From positions 422,503-486,502 of the forward strand of contig NMRA01000286.1 of the NCBI GenBank assembly GCA_002633005.1: a DNA stretch of 64,000 bases, given 5' to 3'. Source of the stretch: Phoronis australis (Eukaryota; Animalia; Phoronida). A program made the translations under genes and the position numbers. Below the pieces are notes generated by a model that worked only from the letters and a program-made list of their open reading frames with translations, was not told the origin of the DNA and did no database searches. Below are positions 36,126-49,000 of this stretch, piece by piece. Positions within the stretch are counted from its first letter, which is position 1, and every line of letters begins with the position of its first letter.

Positions 36126-36497
36126 TAAATACAAGAGCCCCACTTCTAAGGCTCGACATTAATTTTTTGAATATCATATTTAAAAGAATCAGCAGCTTTG
36201 TACTTAGATTTGATATCCCTTCTTGTAGTGAGTATTTTTAGTTTGGATGAAAATTGAATCTGTCTAAGAATGGCTACGGAAGGGTTAAGTTCATCGAACT
36301 GACCCCTTCAAAGGACGACTTTTCTGACTTTTTCACATAAGCTCCACACAAATTGGTCTCTTTATTCGGCTTCACTCTCTAAATGGTTAAGTATCCTAAT
36401 TTCCAGCTCATCTTCCGTTAAAAATATTGTCGGGTAGCCCCCCCCCGGACACCAGCGGCGTGACACCCGTCAATGACCTGATGATCGTTGAATGCAG

Positions 36498-36640
36498 GCG
36501 TGCGTTCAGTAGACGCTACGCTAGGACCTAGCCAAAACCTAGTCAAAGTCACGTGTTTTCATTTAAAATGCACGGCAATATCTCACGTAATCTCGCGAAG
36601 TCTTGCTTTTTAGCGAGGTCCTAGCGTTACTGAACGGGAG
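36498..36640. mobile_element. Short MITE, copy 1 (TIR core CGTTCAGTAACGCTAGGACCT)
   Basis: Terminal inverted CGTTCAGTA..CGCTAGGACCT / AGGTCCTAGCGTTACTGAACG; second copy inverted at 56386-56546. Confidence 0.7.
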
Positions 36641-36687
36641 GCAGGTCTTGTGTAAACGTTGTGTGACCTCAGTGTTGTATTGCTCAA

Positions 36688-36959
36688 CGTGAACTTGGAA
36701 TCCTACTTAATCTCAAGATTAAGCGGAAGTGAGTGTTGCGTGAACTTGGAGTGTGGAGTTAGCCATTCACATCTTCCTCCGGTTCAGCGAGACAAATTAC
36801 GGTAAAGGAGAAAATGGTTGATCGAGAGGCCAATAATTACAAAAATTCTTTTCACCGAACAAAAATTTCACCTTTTTGCCGTAAAGAATATTCAATTCCA
36901 AGTTTACGCAACACTCACTTCCGCTTAATCTTGAGATTAAGCAGGATTCCAAGTTCACG
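36688..36959. repeat. 63-bp inverted repeat immediately upstream of the SORD-like start codon
   Basis: 36688-36750 vs 36897-36959, two mismatches; spacer 146 bp. Confidence 0.85.
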
Positions 36960-37001
36960 CACAGCAGTATTAAGTTCAGTTCCGAACACAGCATAGAAGC
37001 C

Positions 37002-37061
37002 ATGGCTGTCAACGAGAATAATTTGGCTCTTTTTCTTGTGGCCCCGGGTCAGATGGAAATT
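37002..37061 (+). CDS. SORD: SORD-like exon 1 (MAVNENNLALFLVAPGQMEI)
   Basis: GCCATGG Kozak, GTAAGT donor; resembles ENLSLVVHGPGDLRL. Confidence 0.78.
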
Positions 37062-40000
37062 GTAAGTAGATGTGATGCTATGCACAACAGACTTGTGTAC
37101 TATAGGAGCTACAGGCAGAAACGTCTTAGAACAAGTTTTGGCCTTAATTTTGCAAAACAATTAGTTTACCTGCGGTAGTTGCAATGCCCAATGAAGCAAG
37201 AAGTAATGTGAGGCATTTGAGCACTGGCCTTTGCTGTTTGCAGAGGCGAATTGTATATTGACCAGTGCCGAAATGAAATTCAACACAAGTCTCTCAAAAC
37301 TTTATTACATGACGAATAAGTTTGCCACGTATGTTGCTCTGTTGTGAATCAAGTTGGTTTATTCGCCCTCTACAGGTCGCATTTTTCATCCGCTCTACAT
37401 GAAATTTCCACTGAACATATATTTCGTAAAGTGGTAGAAAAAATCAAAAAATTTTCATTACTTTCTCTGAAATTTCGCTCTGAATTTGTAGTGTGTACTG
37501 GTACATATCTGCTTTTCTGGTGACCTGGCAGAATTTTCCCTGGGTACTCTCATGGGTGCCGAACCGTAACACGTCTGGAAACATATGCAAAATTGAGGAG
37601 TTTGGATGGTGGTGCGACCTGATCAACATTTCCTGGAAAACGACGTGTCCAATGACAAAAAGTGCCTGCAATTTTGAGTTGTATTGACAGACGGACAGAC
37701 ATGTATGGCCTGTTGCGTCCTCTTAGTCAGTGTTACTGCCGAACGCTTTCGGCTGTGACAAGCGCGAACAACTTGAACCAATGGGGAGTTCGTTAGAGAC
37801 TATGTTGCTCAGTTACGGAAATTAAGTCAGCACTGTAAAGTTCGGGACAAACTATAGGACTACGAGATAGATTGGTCTGTGCGCTACGCAATGATATCGC
37901 TAACGCCACCTTCGCAGGTGAACTGCAAGCCAAAGGTGTTATTGCATGTGTCGCACTGTAAGAAATCAAGTAGGCGTAACTCGCACAATAAAGGTAAACG
38001 CGGCTGACCTGGGTGCAGCCACCCAGAAGGGGGCAAAAATAAAGAAAGTACGACCGCGACTGAGATGTTTTTGGTGTAATTTTATAAGGACACATACAGA
38101 AAGCTTGTTCGTTGAAAGCGAGCATGATAATTGTACTCATAGCAAGACCGAGTATTTGGGTACGATCGAACCGTTACAGCTTAATCGCGTAAAAACGGAT
38201 CGTGGCATAGTGTGGCTCGAGGTGGACGGACAGCTTCTGTTTATGGAACAGTCAGTGGACACCAGGTGTATCGGTCATAACAGTCTTGCAACGATTAGAA
38301 CAGACTTTTCACAACAGCCGGAAAGCCGGGAGGGCGCGACTTTTGTTTCAAAACGTACTCTGGCAAGAAAGTGTGCAATAACTGTCTCGTTACTCTGGGA
38401 GATCTTGCTTTTCTAGCGAGACACTAGCTTTTCTGAATTTCCCCAAGCCTGGAAACAAGAGCCAACAGCATTCGATGTTCTGACACACCGCTTTCCATGG
38501 GCCCTAGGATTAAAATACATTGACTGCTATGAGATATGTGCAAAAGTTGTAGCTCATTGAAGAATTTTATCAAGGGATCCGTTTTCACAGTCGAAGTGCG
38601 GGAATCATTAGCATGAAATCTAGATGAACATTCTCTGTGTATTCCTGGTCGTTACGTCGTTACCTTACAAATTTGCTAAAGAGGTCAAGTTCGCTACAAT
38701 CTATTCAAAACAAAGTCGCGCTCATTTATTGCCTTTCGGGTGATTTGCTACATATACTTGTATGGGATGAACTACAAAACTCACTGATGCGAGCGAGTCT
38801 ATGCATCATCATTTAGAAATAAGTAGAGGGCAGTGGACATGCGCAGTGGTACAAAGTGATGCAAATTTATGACGATAGGGATACAGGGGGGGGTTACTCC
38901 CATACAAAGGTATCCGGGACATGCATGTGCATGGACGATTTTTCACAACCACTTCCTCCACGAAAGGATGTCTTTTCCAAGAAAATATCCCTAAGAATAT
39001 GGAGTGCTTTTTCCGAGTTGCATCCTTACAAAAGGTTTCATTTTGGGCGTTCGAAACCCCACAAAAGGTTACTTTCCAAGTACCTGAAGTCACCTGAATT
39101 TTTTTAGCATTATTTGTATTTTCAAAACTTTGGCTTCAAAAGAAGCAATCATTTTTTACTACAAAGCATCTTTTCTTAAACTGTTTCAGGGTAAATGGGT
39201 CAAAGGTCCAATGTCGGGGAATCCTTATGACAGGATTATATCTCAGTCAGCATTAACTCTTACACAATATTGGAACACGTCATTACAAAATGGAAGCTCC
39301 CTATAACTGGGTCCCATTTTTGAGTCCACTCTCTACGGGATCCTAATATTTCAGCTGTACCTTGCATTGTTTTATCAGATTCCGTTAAGATGGTGGCAAG
39401 CATCTAATGTTTGTGATATTGTTTTGTAGAGAAAGACGAAAATTCCTGAACCAGCCAAAGGAGGTAAACAAATTGTGACCGTGTTTTTAGTTCAGTACCT
39501 AGCTCACTACGGATTACTGAATTCCTACTGGGGACATATGCGTGGGAAGGTTCATAAGTATAAAGAGCATATATTTATGGGAAATTTGTTTTAATGAGGG
39601 AGGGAAAAAGTTCACGCCCGGCCTCCTTTGGGTCCCTTTAGTTGGCGGGCGCGCTACTCTTCAGCTTCATGAGCTGTCTTCCACCTCCTTCGCTTACAAG
39701 AGCTTTCCGACATTGCACTTTTCAGTAGTATTGTCGCCGAAATAGGCATGTCAGAAATGCCTTGATTTTATCAAATAAAAACGCAGTTTTGAATTATTGT
39801 TAACTTTTTCCTTCACTTTCTTGCACGCTGGTTAAATATCTCAATAAAATTCTTTTCAAACCAGCAACTTAGTTTAGCCCGGGTATCTTAGTCAACACCT
39901 TTTAAGACATAGAAACTTAGATGACTGTGGGCTGAGTGATCGACGAACATTTGAATCAAAACTAAAGTTGACTATACTTTCCAGTCTTACGTTTTCATCC

Positions 40001-43000
40001 TAAACACGACGGAATGTCGAGGTTCAAATCTTAGATTTCTTGTGAATGCTGGACGCTACGTCTTGGCAGGCATTGTGAATTCCGTATACTTTTTAAATGT
40101 GGTAGTTTGTTACCTAACATGCACAAATCTGCTATAAAATCAGCACATTAACTTTGATTTTATAGACGAGAGAAATTGCCGTATAAAGCAACACACAATC
40201 ACAAAAATCAGCAATTTTTTGTACTTCGAGGTCCCGTCGTTGTGTTGAGTTATTTGAACGAGGGTCACGTTTCACAAGGTCTTTTGGTGACCAACATCGA
40301 AATTTCAGCATACCCAATCAATTAACTACTTGCACATTTCCGAGCCGAAAAAATGATAGTTGTGCATTGTGTTAAGGACACTATGCCTCGTTTTAGTATC
40401 AATTTTAACAATGCAAACGTGAACCATTTGTAGTTTGGACACAACACCTCGATTTCAAGACGAATTCGTGCAATTACTGTTTGAATTCATTCTCAGCCAG
40501 TTAACAAATGTCTTATTTTGTAGAGGTTCAATTGGCGATGCAGAGTGTGGGAATATGTGGTTCGGATGTGACCATATGGAAAAATGGTGGCATTGGAAAT
40601 TACTTCATGACAGCACCCTTTGTTCAGGGCCACGAGGGAAGCGCCGTGGTCGCTGCCATAGGTGAAGGAGTGACGTCATTTGACGTAGGTAAGAACCTAG
40701 GTCTGTGCATTGGTATAGGACACTGTACACGGAAAACGACACTGTAAAGGAGAACGAACTTTCAACTCTTATGATGTAGTATGGGATTGCGATACAAATT
40801 TTTCGCACAATTCAGAATTTGATAACGCAGCCCGTAATTTTCGTCATTGTGTGATATCAAATTGATATATATGAGCGTGAGTGTACTCGTTTAAGCGTGT
40901 TGTCACGGGAGTATCCCGGTGCATTCCACGGCATTCTTCATTTTTGAAGAGAGTAACATGGGTTGACTTTATACCAGAAATTCGCACATGTGCAGATCTG
41001 AAGTACAAAACACCTGTGAGTGGAAATCTAGGCTACGAAAATACCCGCGGTATTCCGCACGACATTCGTATGCATGAAATATACCACTCGTTGGTTATTT
41101 TATCTGGGGCTCGGGTCTAATTTTAGTACTTGAAATAGAATTCAAAGTTACTTTTTGTCACTTTCTATTCTACTTCTGTGCGAAATCAAGATAAACAGGT
41201 ACTAGTCGGTGCTCAAGTGCATTATGGTCTATGCATATAACTTTTTAGTCCAAGATTGCACTTGAAGAACCATGTGTTTGTGCTACAAACTCTAGTAAAA
41301 ACTCAAGGTTTCAAGTAATAACTCCAAATTTCGACTTCAGAATACTTTTAGTTTTAATGCTGGGATCATCAAGCGCAAACTAGGATTAGAAAGTTGTCCA
41401 CGTTAAGCTAACATATGTTCGAACACAGAATAATAGACAAATATCTTTGAGTTCGCACAAAAGTAGAGTAGAATGTGCTAAAATAATTTCAATTTCGAGT
41501 AAAATTAGTAAACCTTAGGTCCTTGTTTTTACTCAGATCGATTCCACTAGCGTAGCTTTTGTACATGTAGCCTACTGGATTGCTGTATAGTTGATTTCCT
41601 GCCCGAGCAAGAAATATTGGTACATGATCCCGAGTGTTCTATAGCTGTAAACATAAATATCAGAAAACAACAAATTAAACTACCTTTTAATTAACTGTAG
41701 AGCTAACAGATTGCCTCTTTTAAAAATTTACACACCCCAAGTAATCGCTCTCGCATTATATCCAGGTTGTAATTCGCTCCCTTGCAAACATTCACTAGTA
41801 AGAACTTGTCAAACAGCGTTCTTTGATTCTTGTTATCAATCGCAATCTTTCAAGAAATCTTGACCGTCTGTAAAAAAGTGACTGTCCATCTGAACTGTTT
41901 CTTATATTCTCTCCAGGTGATAAAGTTATGATCCACCCTTGTATGCCATGTGAAAGATGCGAGTTCTGCCTGAATGGACCGAACCAGCTTTGCGCAAACC
42001 TAACCTTTTGTTCCTTGCCACCGACATGTGGATTCCTTCAGCGTCATTTCTGTCACCCAGCGAAATGGTGCCATAAGTGAGTAGCGCAAACCCAATACCA
42101 GGAATGCAGTTTAACGCAACATCGTAGGATTAATTGTTACACACGCTTCTTGAACTAGCTTACCGTATGAAACATAAATAGAACTTGCTTTTGACTTAAT
42201 TTCTCAGGTTATAGCTCGTGAAAAGTGACGGACTAAAACCTACAACTGATTACTCCAATAATGTTCCGGAATGACGCCAACCTCCGAAATTAGATTTAAT
42301 TCGTACACGTTTTGATTTCTAATAACATAATTAAAAGCAAGGCTTAATTCTTGGAAAATCTGACTCCATAATTATTGTTATTTTGCACATTTTACTACAT
42401 TTGGCTAGGAATCCCCCCCCGAGCCACAATTCGGTAAAATTATTGCGTGGATTAATGATATTAATTTCTTTCGCATTGTGGAACAGTCTTAAGACTTCCA
42501 GGTTGTCATAAAACGTTAGCGAAGACTTTTTGACTTCATAATGAAACTAAAAACGAGTAAAAACCAAGCCCGTAGGCCAAAAGCAAAACTCGTAGTACTG
42601 TTAAGTTCCCTGAGACACAAAGCAGCCTACTAGCTGCAGTGTAGTGGTTCACTTTACACCAGTATAGCCCTTTTACATTTTATTTCAGTAGTAATGATAA
42701 ATACAAAAGATGACATTAATTCCTAGAAATCTTGACAACAGGTTAACATTACAGAGTTATACAAAACAGAAATGATATTACCTGGATATACACGTACATA
42801 CACAACGTATTCACAAAATTCTCAAATAGTGTTTCGTAACCAAGGAATCACGTAATGCTGGTAAGAAAAGGAAATGGCATGGAAGGCAGTTACAATTCAC
42901 TTTGAGTAAATGATTGGCGTCATTCGGTAAATCACGAGAACTGAATATTTGGAACATACATACAGTTTGCTTAGGAATGGTGTTGATTTTACTTTTGAGG

Positions 43001-46000
43001 CCGTCAGCAGCTTCTATTGTCCGGAAAAACAGATTGCGCAAATTACTATTGATAATGCAGTAAAACAGACGAAGTTCATCTTTGACGGATCCACAGTTGC
43101 CAAAGGGAGAAATATTAGCAGTAACCATGTACGTAATCTGTTCAGGCAAATTTTCTTTGCATATGACTGAACGTAGTTAGACGGATGATATTATTCTTTT
43201 TCCAGTCCAGCGTGAAACGAAAGTGTTGCTGTCAGTTGATAACTCCGTTAAAAAAGTTGGTTACTAACAGTAATAGTCGTGATTTTAACAATATGCATGA
43301 GTAGTGCTACTGATAGAACATGTATGCCACACCGACGTGTATTGTTTGCTATTTGAGGTTTCAAGACACTGCTCTGTCCCTTGTTGCGCTTTATCCAGCT
43401 GCAACGTTTCTAGATTTGTCAAAGGCATTTGACACTTCAAATCCTTCCATTCTACTTCTTCATATCAGTTCAAAAACGAAAAGTCCCTCTATCAGATTTT
43501 ACCATATCCACCTCAGTCACGTGACGGATTGTCTTTTCACAGCCTCACACACTCAACTAATTCCAGAATAATGAATTTTGGAGCTATTACAATATTTATG
43601 CTGCACATCTGTCATATTTGGTTTGCAGGTTGCCCGACAACGTTTCTCCAGATGAAGGTGCATTGGTTGAGACTCTGAGTGTAGCCGTTCGTGCGTGTGA
43701 GCACACTGGCGCTAAAGCAAACGACGCAGTGTTGATATGTGGAGCTGGCCCTATCGGACTTTGCGTCATGTTAGTCATGAAGGCTAGAGGTGTCTCGAAA
43801 ATTTGCATAACTGGTGAGCACTCTTTGTGTCAGAGTTGCAAGAGCAGATCCGGAGGTGGGCTATTTTACACGTTGATTCACACGGGTCTGCTTTTGAAGC
43901 AACGGTTTAATGTAAACTATACCCTATTTCTGTCCATTATTAAATTAGTTCTGGCCAGGGTCCTGTATCTGCACCCGTGCACCACTTGTTCACAGCTGTC
44001 AAATTTATGTGTATCATTCAATCGCTTGCCCGTAAGGCTGTGGTTAGCCTAGGCTTTACTTTCTCATTGCCAGACTAGTGCCTTTATGAACCACCAAAGG
44101 GTCTTTAAACGAGTATTTTTTGCGCATTGAAATGTGCTTATTCAGCGCATAGAATTGATACGTTGAAGTGGCCATTCGACGAAAAATAAGGATATTGCGG
44201 TACGCGTTCCTATTCGCTTGTTTAGAATGACTTTAATTTAACGCTTCGAACCCAGTGCCATAAAAGTAAATATCGAAATTAAAGAGAATAATTAGGCCAG
44301 ATTTGCATAGTGCAGTAAATTACTAATCACTCCCAAAATTATTGCTTGGCCATGGTCCTGGTCAATCCTACTCCTCTTAATAGTATGGGTGCAACCGTTG
44401 TCGGAGCACACCAATTAATCCAAACACATAATTCCGTAAACATTTCATCTGCTAAATTGCCCCCGTGGTTACCTAAATTAGAAAAATGTCCAAGACCTGC
44501 AACATTTTTGAAAGCGTGATGTGACTGTATGTTTCTATTGCTATTTGTGGGTCCAAATCGCACCACAAATACATTGTCACTAAACATCCGAATAATCAGT
44601 GCATGTTCTTTATTTCGGTGCCCGTACTGAAAATAGACCTTTATCCTAACACTATGGCATCTACTTACCCAATATACTAATGGGAGACACTTACTATTAC
44701 TATGAATCCGGGGAGCCTCCCTGATCCTCTCTGTTGTCTTTGACTGGTCGCAACTCAGTACGCATGCTGAAAAAATGCGCGCACCGTACTTTATTCTTCG
44801 TCGAATGATACGAAGCGCCGAACGCTTTTTAACGAATATCTGTCTGCGCATAAAATGTACTTATTCTACCAGAAATTGGTTATTCAACGCGCAGAAATGG
44901 TCATTCGAAAATAATAATAATGTTATGTTACTCGTGCCTTTAATCAGTAAGCGTACTTTAATTCAGCACTCGTACTTCATTTCAGTACGCGTATTGAATT
45001 TCAAAAATTGTTGCTAATTTCTATGAAACGATCATATTAATGCCACAGGTGAATAACATTCAATAGTCTTTGATTGGATATAATTCAGTACGCGTACTGA
45101 AAGACAGTACGCGTAAGGATTATAGGCACGCGTACTGACATAAGTACACGTACAGATTACGGGTACATATACAGATTATAGGTACACGTACAGATTATAG
45201 GTACGCGTACAGATTATAGGTACGCGTTGAATAAGTATGAATCGCCAAAGGGTTCTTAAACGAGTACATTTCTACGCGTTAAAATGTACTTAATCTACAC
45301 GCTTAATTTACTCCTACCTTTAATCAGTTTATATAGTCCAATCACACCCGTGCTCTCAAATTGATTAAGAGCAGAAAGATGATCGTTTAAGAACTTAAAG
45401 AAGGCGCAGACTAAGCAAACGTACGAGTAGATTAAGCAAAAGTACCCATATATTAAGCATATTTCAACGCGTAGAAATGTACTCGTTTAAGAATCTATTA
45501 ACGCTTAATAAGTAAGCAACTGTGCGCGTCGATTTAACGCGTAGAAAGGTACTTTTTTAGGAGCCCCTTGGAGCTTTTTAATTGGAGACTACATGTTTTC
45601 CCACGTACCCTGGATGACTTCTACGTTTTTATCCTAATTTCTAAGAAATAAAGAAAATGGTTCATACACGTATGTATGTTTTCAATAAAAAATTTCTGGC
45701 AATCTCATACATGTCATGGATTTTGAAAGTCCCAAAATAGATGATTCACAGTGGTTCAATGTTTTAGAACGATGGCTTTAGTTATTATTAAAAGCTCATT
45801 TCATTTCATTTCCTTTTATGCATTAAAGGCTGAAATCACGAAATCAGGTCACTAAAATGTGTCTTAAACAATTGGTTTCAAACGTTGGAAGGAATCGGAG
45901 GGCCATCTAGCATTGATTTTGAACGGTCCAGGTTTGGACGGGTTTGCTATCCTGTGAAGTAATTTTGAAACTCGCCTCGAATGATACGCTTGCGGGATGA

Positions 46001-49000
46001 AAATCAAGTATTATCATGGTGTAGAGAGGTTAGAGGTTTGACACATAGTTTGTGTCTTTGAGTAACCTGTTTCTTAATTTGCATCTTTGGTATTGAGAAA
46101 AAAGGACATGTCTGTTAAATTTACTATCAGGGATCACATTTACAAATAATTTACTTAAATCTCAAAGTCATGCTCAACTAATCTCTATACCAATGTGATC
46201 CGCTGGAAGAAGCCAAAGCGGCAAGTAGCCGACTATTTTCACTTGCCTCTATTTCAACTAATTCTACCGAGTGACCTTGTCGGAAATCGGCAATTTCTAA
46301 TAGTATCAAAACGCAACAGATTTTATGGCTCTGGAGCCTCTTTCATGAAAAGTGACATTTGGTAGCAATAACATGGGCGGCGCAGCACTGAAATAAGTGG
46401 GAGGGAGGGGGGGGGGGGACTACAGCGCCGTCCATGTCATGGGCGATGCAGCACTAAAATAAGTGGGGGGGGGGCTATAGCCCGCCAGCCCCTATGGTGC
46501 TCCGCCCATGAACAAATAGCAGTTATGTGTATATTCTCAGAAGCTTTGCACGTTTGCTCACGTGAGATTTAATTATGTTTCACAAGTAGCTGTGCGGAGC
46601 GGAAGACCAAATTTTTTGCTCAAGTCTGAAGTCAGTCAAAGCTCACAACTTCAAGAAAACTATCCTATCCTACAGTAACCCTTAAAGGGAGATTGTTTTC
46701 CTAAAACTGGTTGCGTCCTTTTAAGGCACTTACCTTTTGCAATAGTCTGGCTTGCTTGCTATTGGAAAAATACGTGAAATTATTTCTTTAGCTATTGTGT
46801 GAATGGTGTCACCGACGGAGTCCTAATGCATACCCAAAATAAAGAAATCGTTTGGTAATTCGGGACAAACGGATGCATAAGCCGGAAGATTTTAAACAAA
46901 TGCACCATATTACAAAGAATGCAACATCAGCACAACTACTTTGACATCGATGACTACAATTACGACAACGGTAGATCAAAATGGATACAATTCCCGATTT
47001 ATGTCTACATGTATTCTGGAACTTAGGTCCCATAAAATTGACCATTTGGAATAGATTTTATAGGGGTATTAATAAGTGGAATTAAGTAATTATATTTTTA
47101 TTATATAGTTGCTCCGCAGATCCACTGTGTGGACACAACACATATATGTTACCGACTTTATGCCTTCTTTAAATTGCCCAATGAGAATCACTTTTTAAAT
47201 GAATTAGATTTTTCCCTCCTTAATTCTTCGAGTCTCATGAATCTTTGGGGATAGAAACTTGGAAACGTGTTTACTCTGACCTATTGTAGATGTGCTTCAG
47301 TACAGGGTGGAATTCGCGAAGTCGTTGGGTGCCACCCATGCCGTTCTTGTGGATCGTTCCCAAGACGCCAAAGAAGTTGCGGCGTCATTGTGTGAGACAC
47401 TCGGGACGGCTCCAACAGTTACACTTGATTGCACCGGAGATCAACAAGGGATTGAATATGGTTTCTTGGTAAGCGCGTATTTTAGTTCATGTGCCTATAT
47501 GTTAAGCCGCGCATGTTATCGGAATGAAGCGCATACGCCTATGTGTGAAATGCTTCATTAAAAACCAGGGAAAAAAATAAAGTAGTATGTGAATTTTGAC
47601 GTATCCGATATAATGGTACGTCCCACCTCCTCTGCAAGGATATGTGCAAGAGAGATCTGAAGGCCACGAGAATCAACCTGTCGTCATGAGAAGACGCTGC
47701 TTCTGACCGAACACGATGGTAGCAGATGGTTAATAAAGGATCCTCATTGTTTGAAGAATTTCGTACACAACAGTCAGATGCAAAGCGGAAGAGAATTGCT
47801 TCGCCAGCTACACGGATATGTGCAAGAGAGACCTGTCGTCATGAGAAGACGCTCGGCTTCTGACAGAACACGATGGCAGCAGATGGTTAATAAAGGATCC
47901 TCATTGTTTGAAGAATTTCGTACACAACAGTCAGATGCAAAGCGGAAGAGAATTGCTTCGCCAGCTACACGGATATGTGCACGAGAGACCTGTCGTCATG
48001 AGAAGACGCTCGGCTTCTGACAGAACACGATGGCAGTCGACAGTTAAGAAAGGGTTATCTTGTTTGAAGAATTTTGTACACAACAGTCAGGTGCAAAGCG
48101 GAGAAGAATTGCCTCGCCAGCCGGGAAACCAACCAGCGTCTGCCTTCATGGACGACATCTTCGACTTATACCCATAGAGGAACACTATAGTCCCTCGAGA
48201 CAAACGGATGCCAACCATTACACATCAGCTATATTGTCATAAAATTACACCAATTTTTTTACCTAAATTCCCAGTAAGTCTCTTTTTCATCTCTCGAAAC
48301 AGAGTTTCTTGCACACTTTCTCTCACTCTGGATATAATGGGAAATAGGAATATATTTACTCCCAAATGGCGGAAAAGAACGTAACCAGTGTGTAGCATTT
48401 AGAGTAAATTGCTCTAGACCAGTGAGCTGATTGATTTCAGAACTTATGAGGCTAAATGTAGGTCCCTACTACTGAAGCTTGAAACTTCGGCAGGGATCAT
48501 TTCAAACTTAGTTAAGATCAACATCAGTAAAATGTGTATAAACCATTCAACAATCTCGTTCATAAGGACTATACTTGCCGCTGAAATGTGACAACCTCAA
48601 CTTATGACGTAAAAACACTAATAAGAGAAATAGCATGTTCTTACAGTAGACCTGCTGGTGGATAAAACAAGAAAGACGTGTTCACTGAATGCACAAGCTG
48701 CTCTGTGGTATATTTTAACATGGCTCTATTTTCCAGGCTACCAAAACGCAGGGAGTCCTGGTATTTGTTGGCATACCGTCTACTAAAACCAGTCTGTCTG
48801 TGTCACATGCTTGTTTACACGAGATAAGAATGTCTGGCACGTTTGCATACACCCCGGAGAAGTAAGTTGGCTTGATAATTTTAGTAGTAAAAAAATGGAG
48901 CAAAAATCATACAAAATTAAAAAGGAGAATTAATCTGTCTGTCAATTCAAAGCCAGCTGCCAGGGCTTACGGAGTTGGGTATAAAGTGAAAGGTTTCGTG

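Noticed and set aside
39290-39392. Candidate SORD exon 1 (NISAV...VKM|GT) next to exon 2
   Set aside because: No in-frame ATG, a weak donor and a 37-nt intron; 37002-37061 fits much better.
44339-44851. 170-aa minus-strand ORF
   Set aside because: Lies inside the composite repeat; no transposase or other motif recognised.
47751-48242. Near-identical 89-aa ORFs
   Set aside because: Products of the 157-bp tandem repeat; the frame shifts between units.
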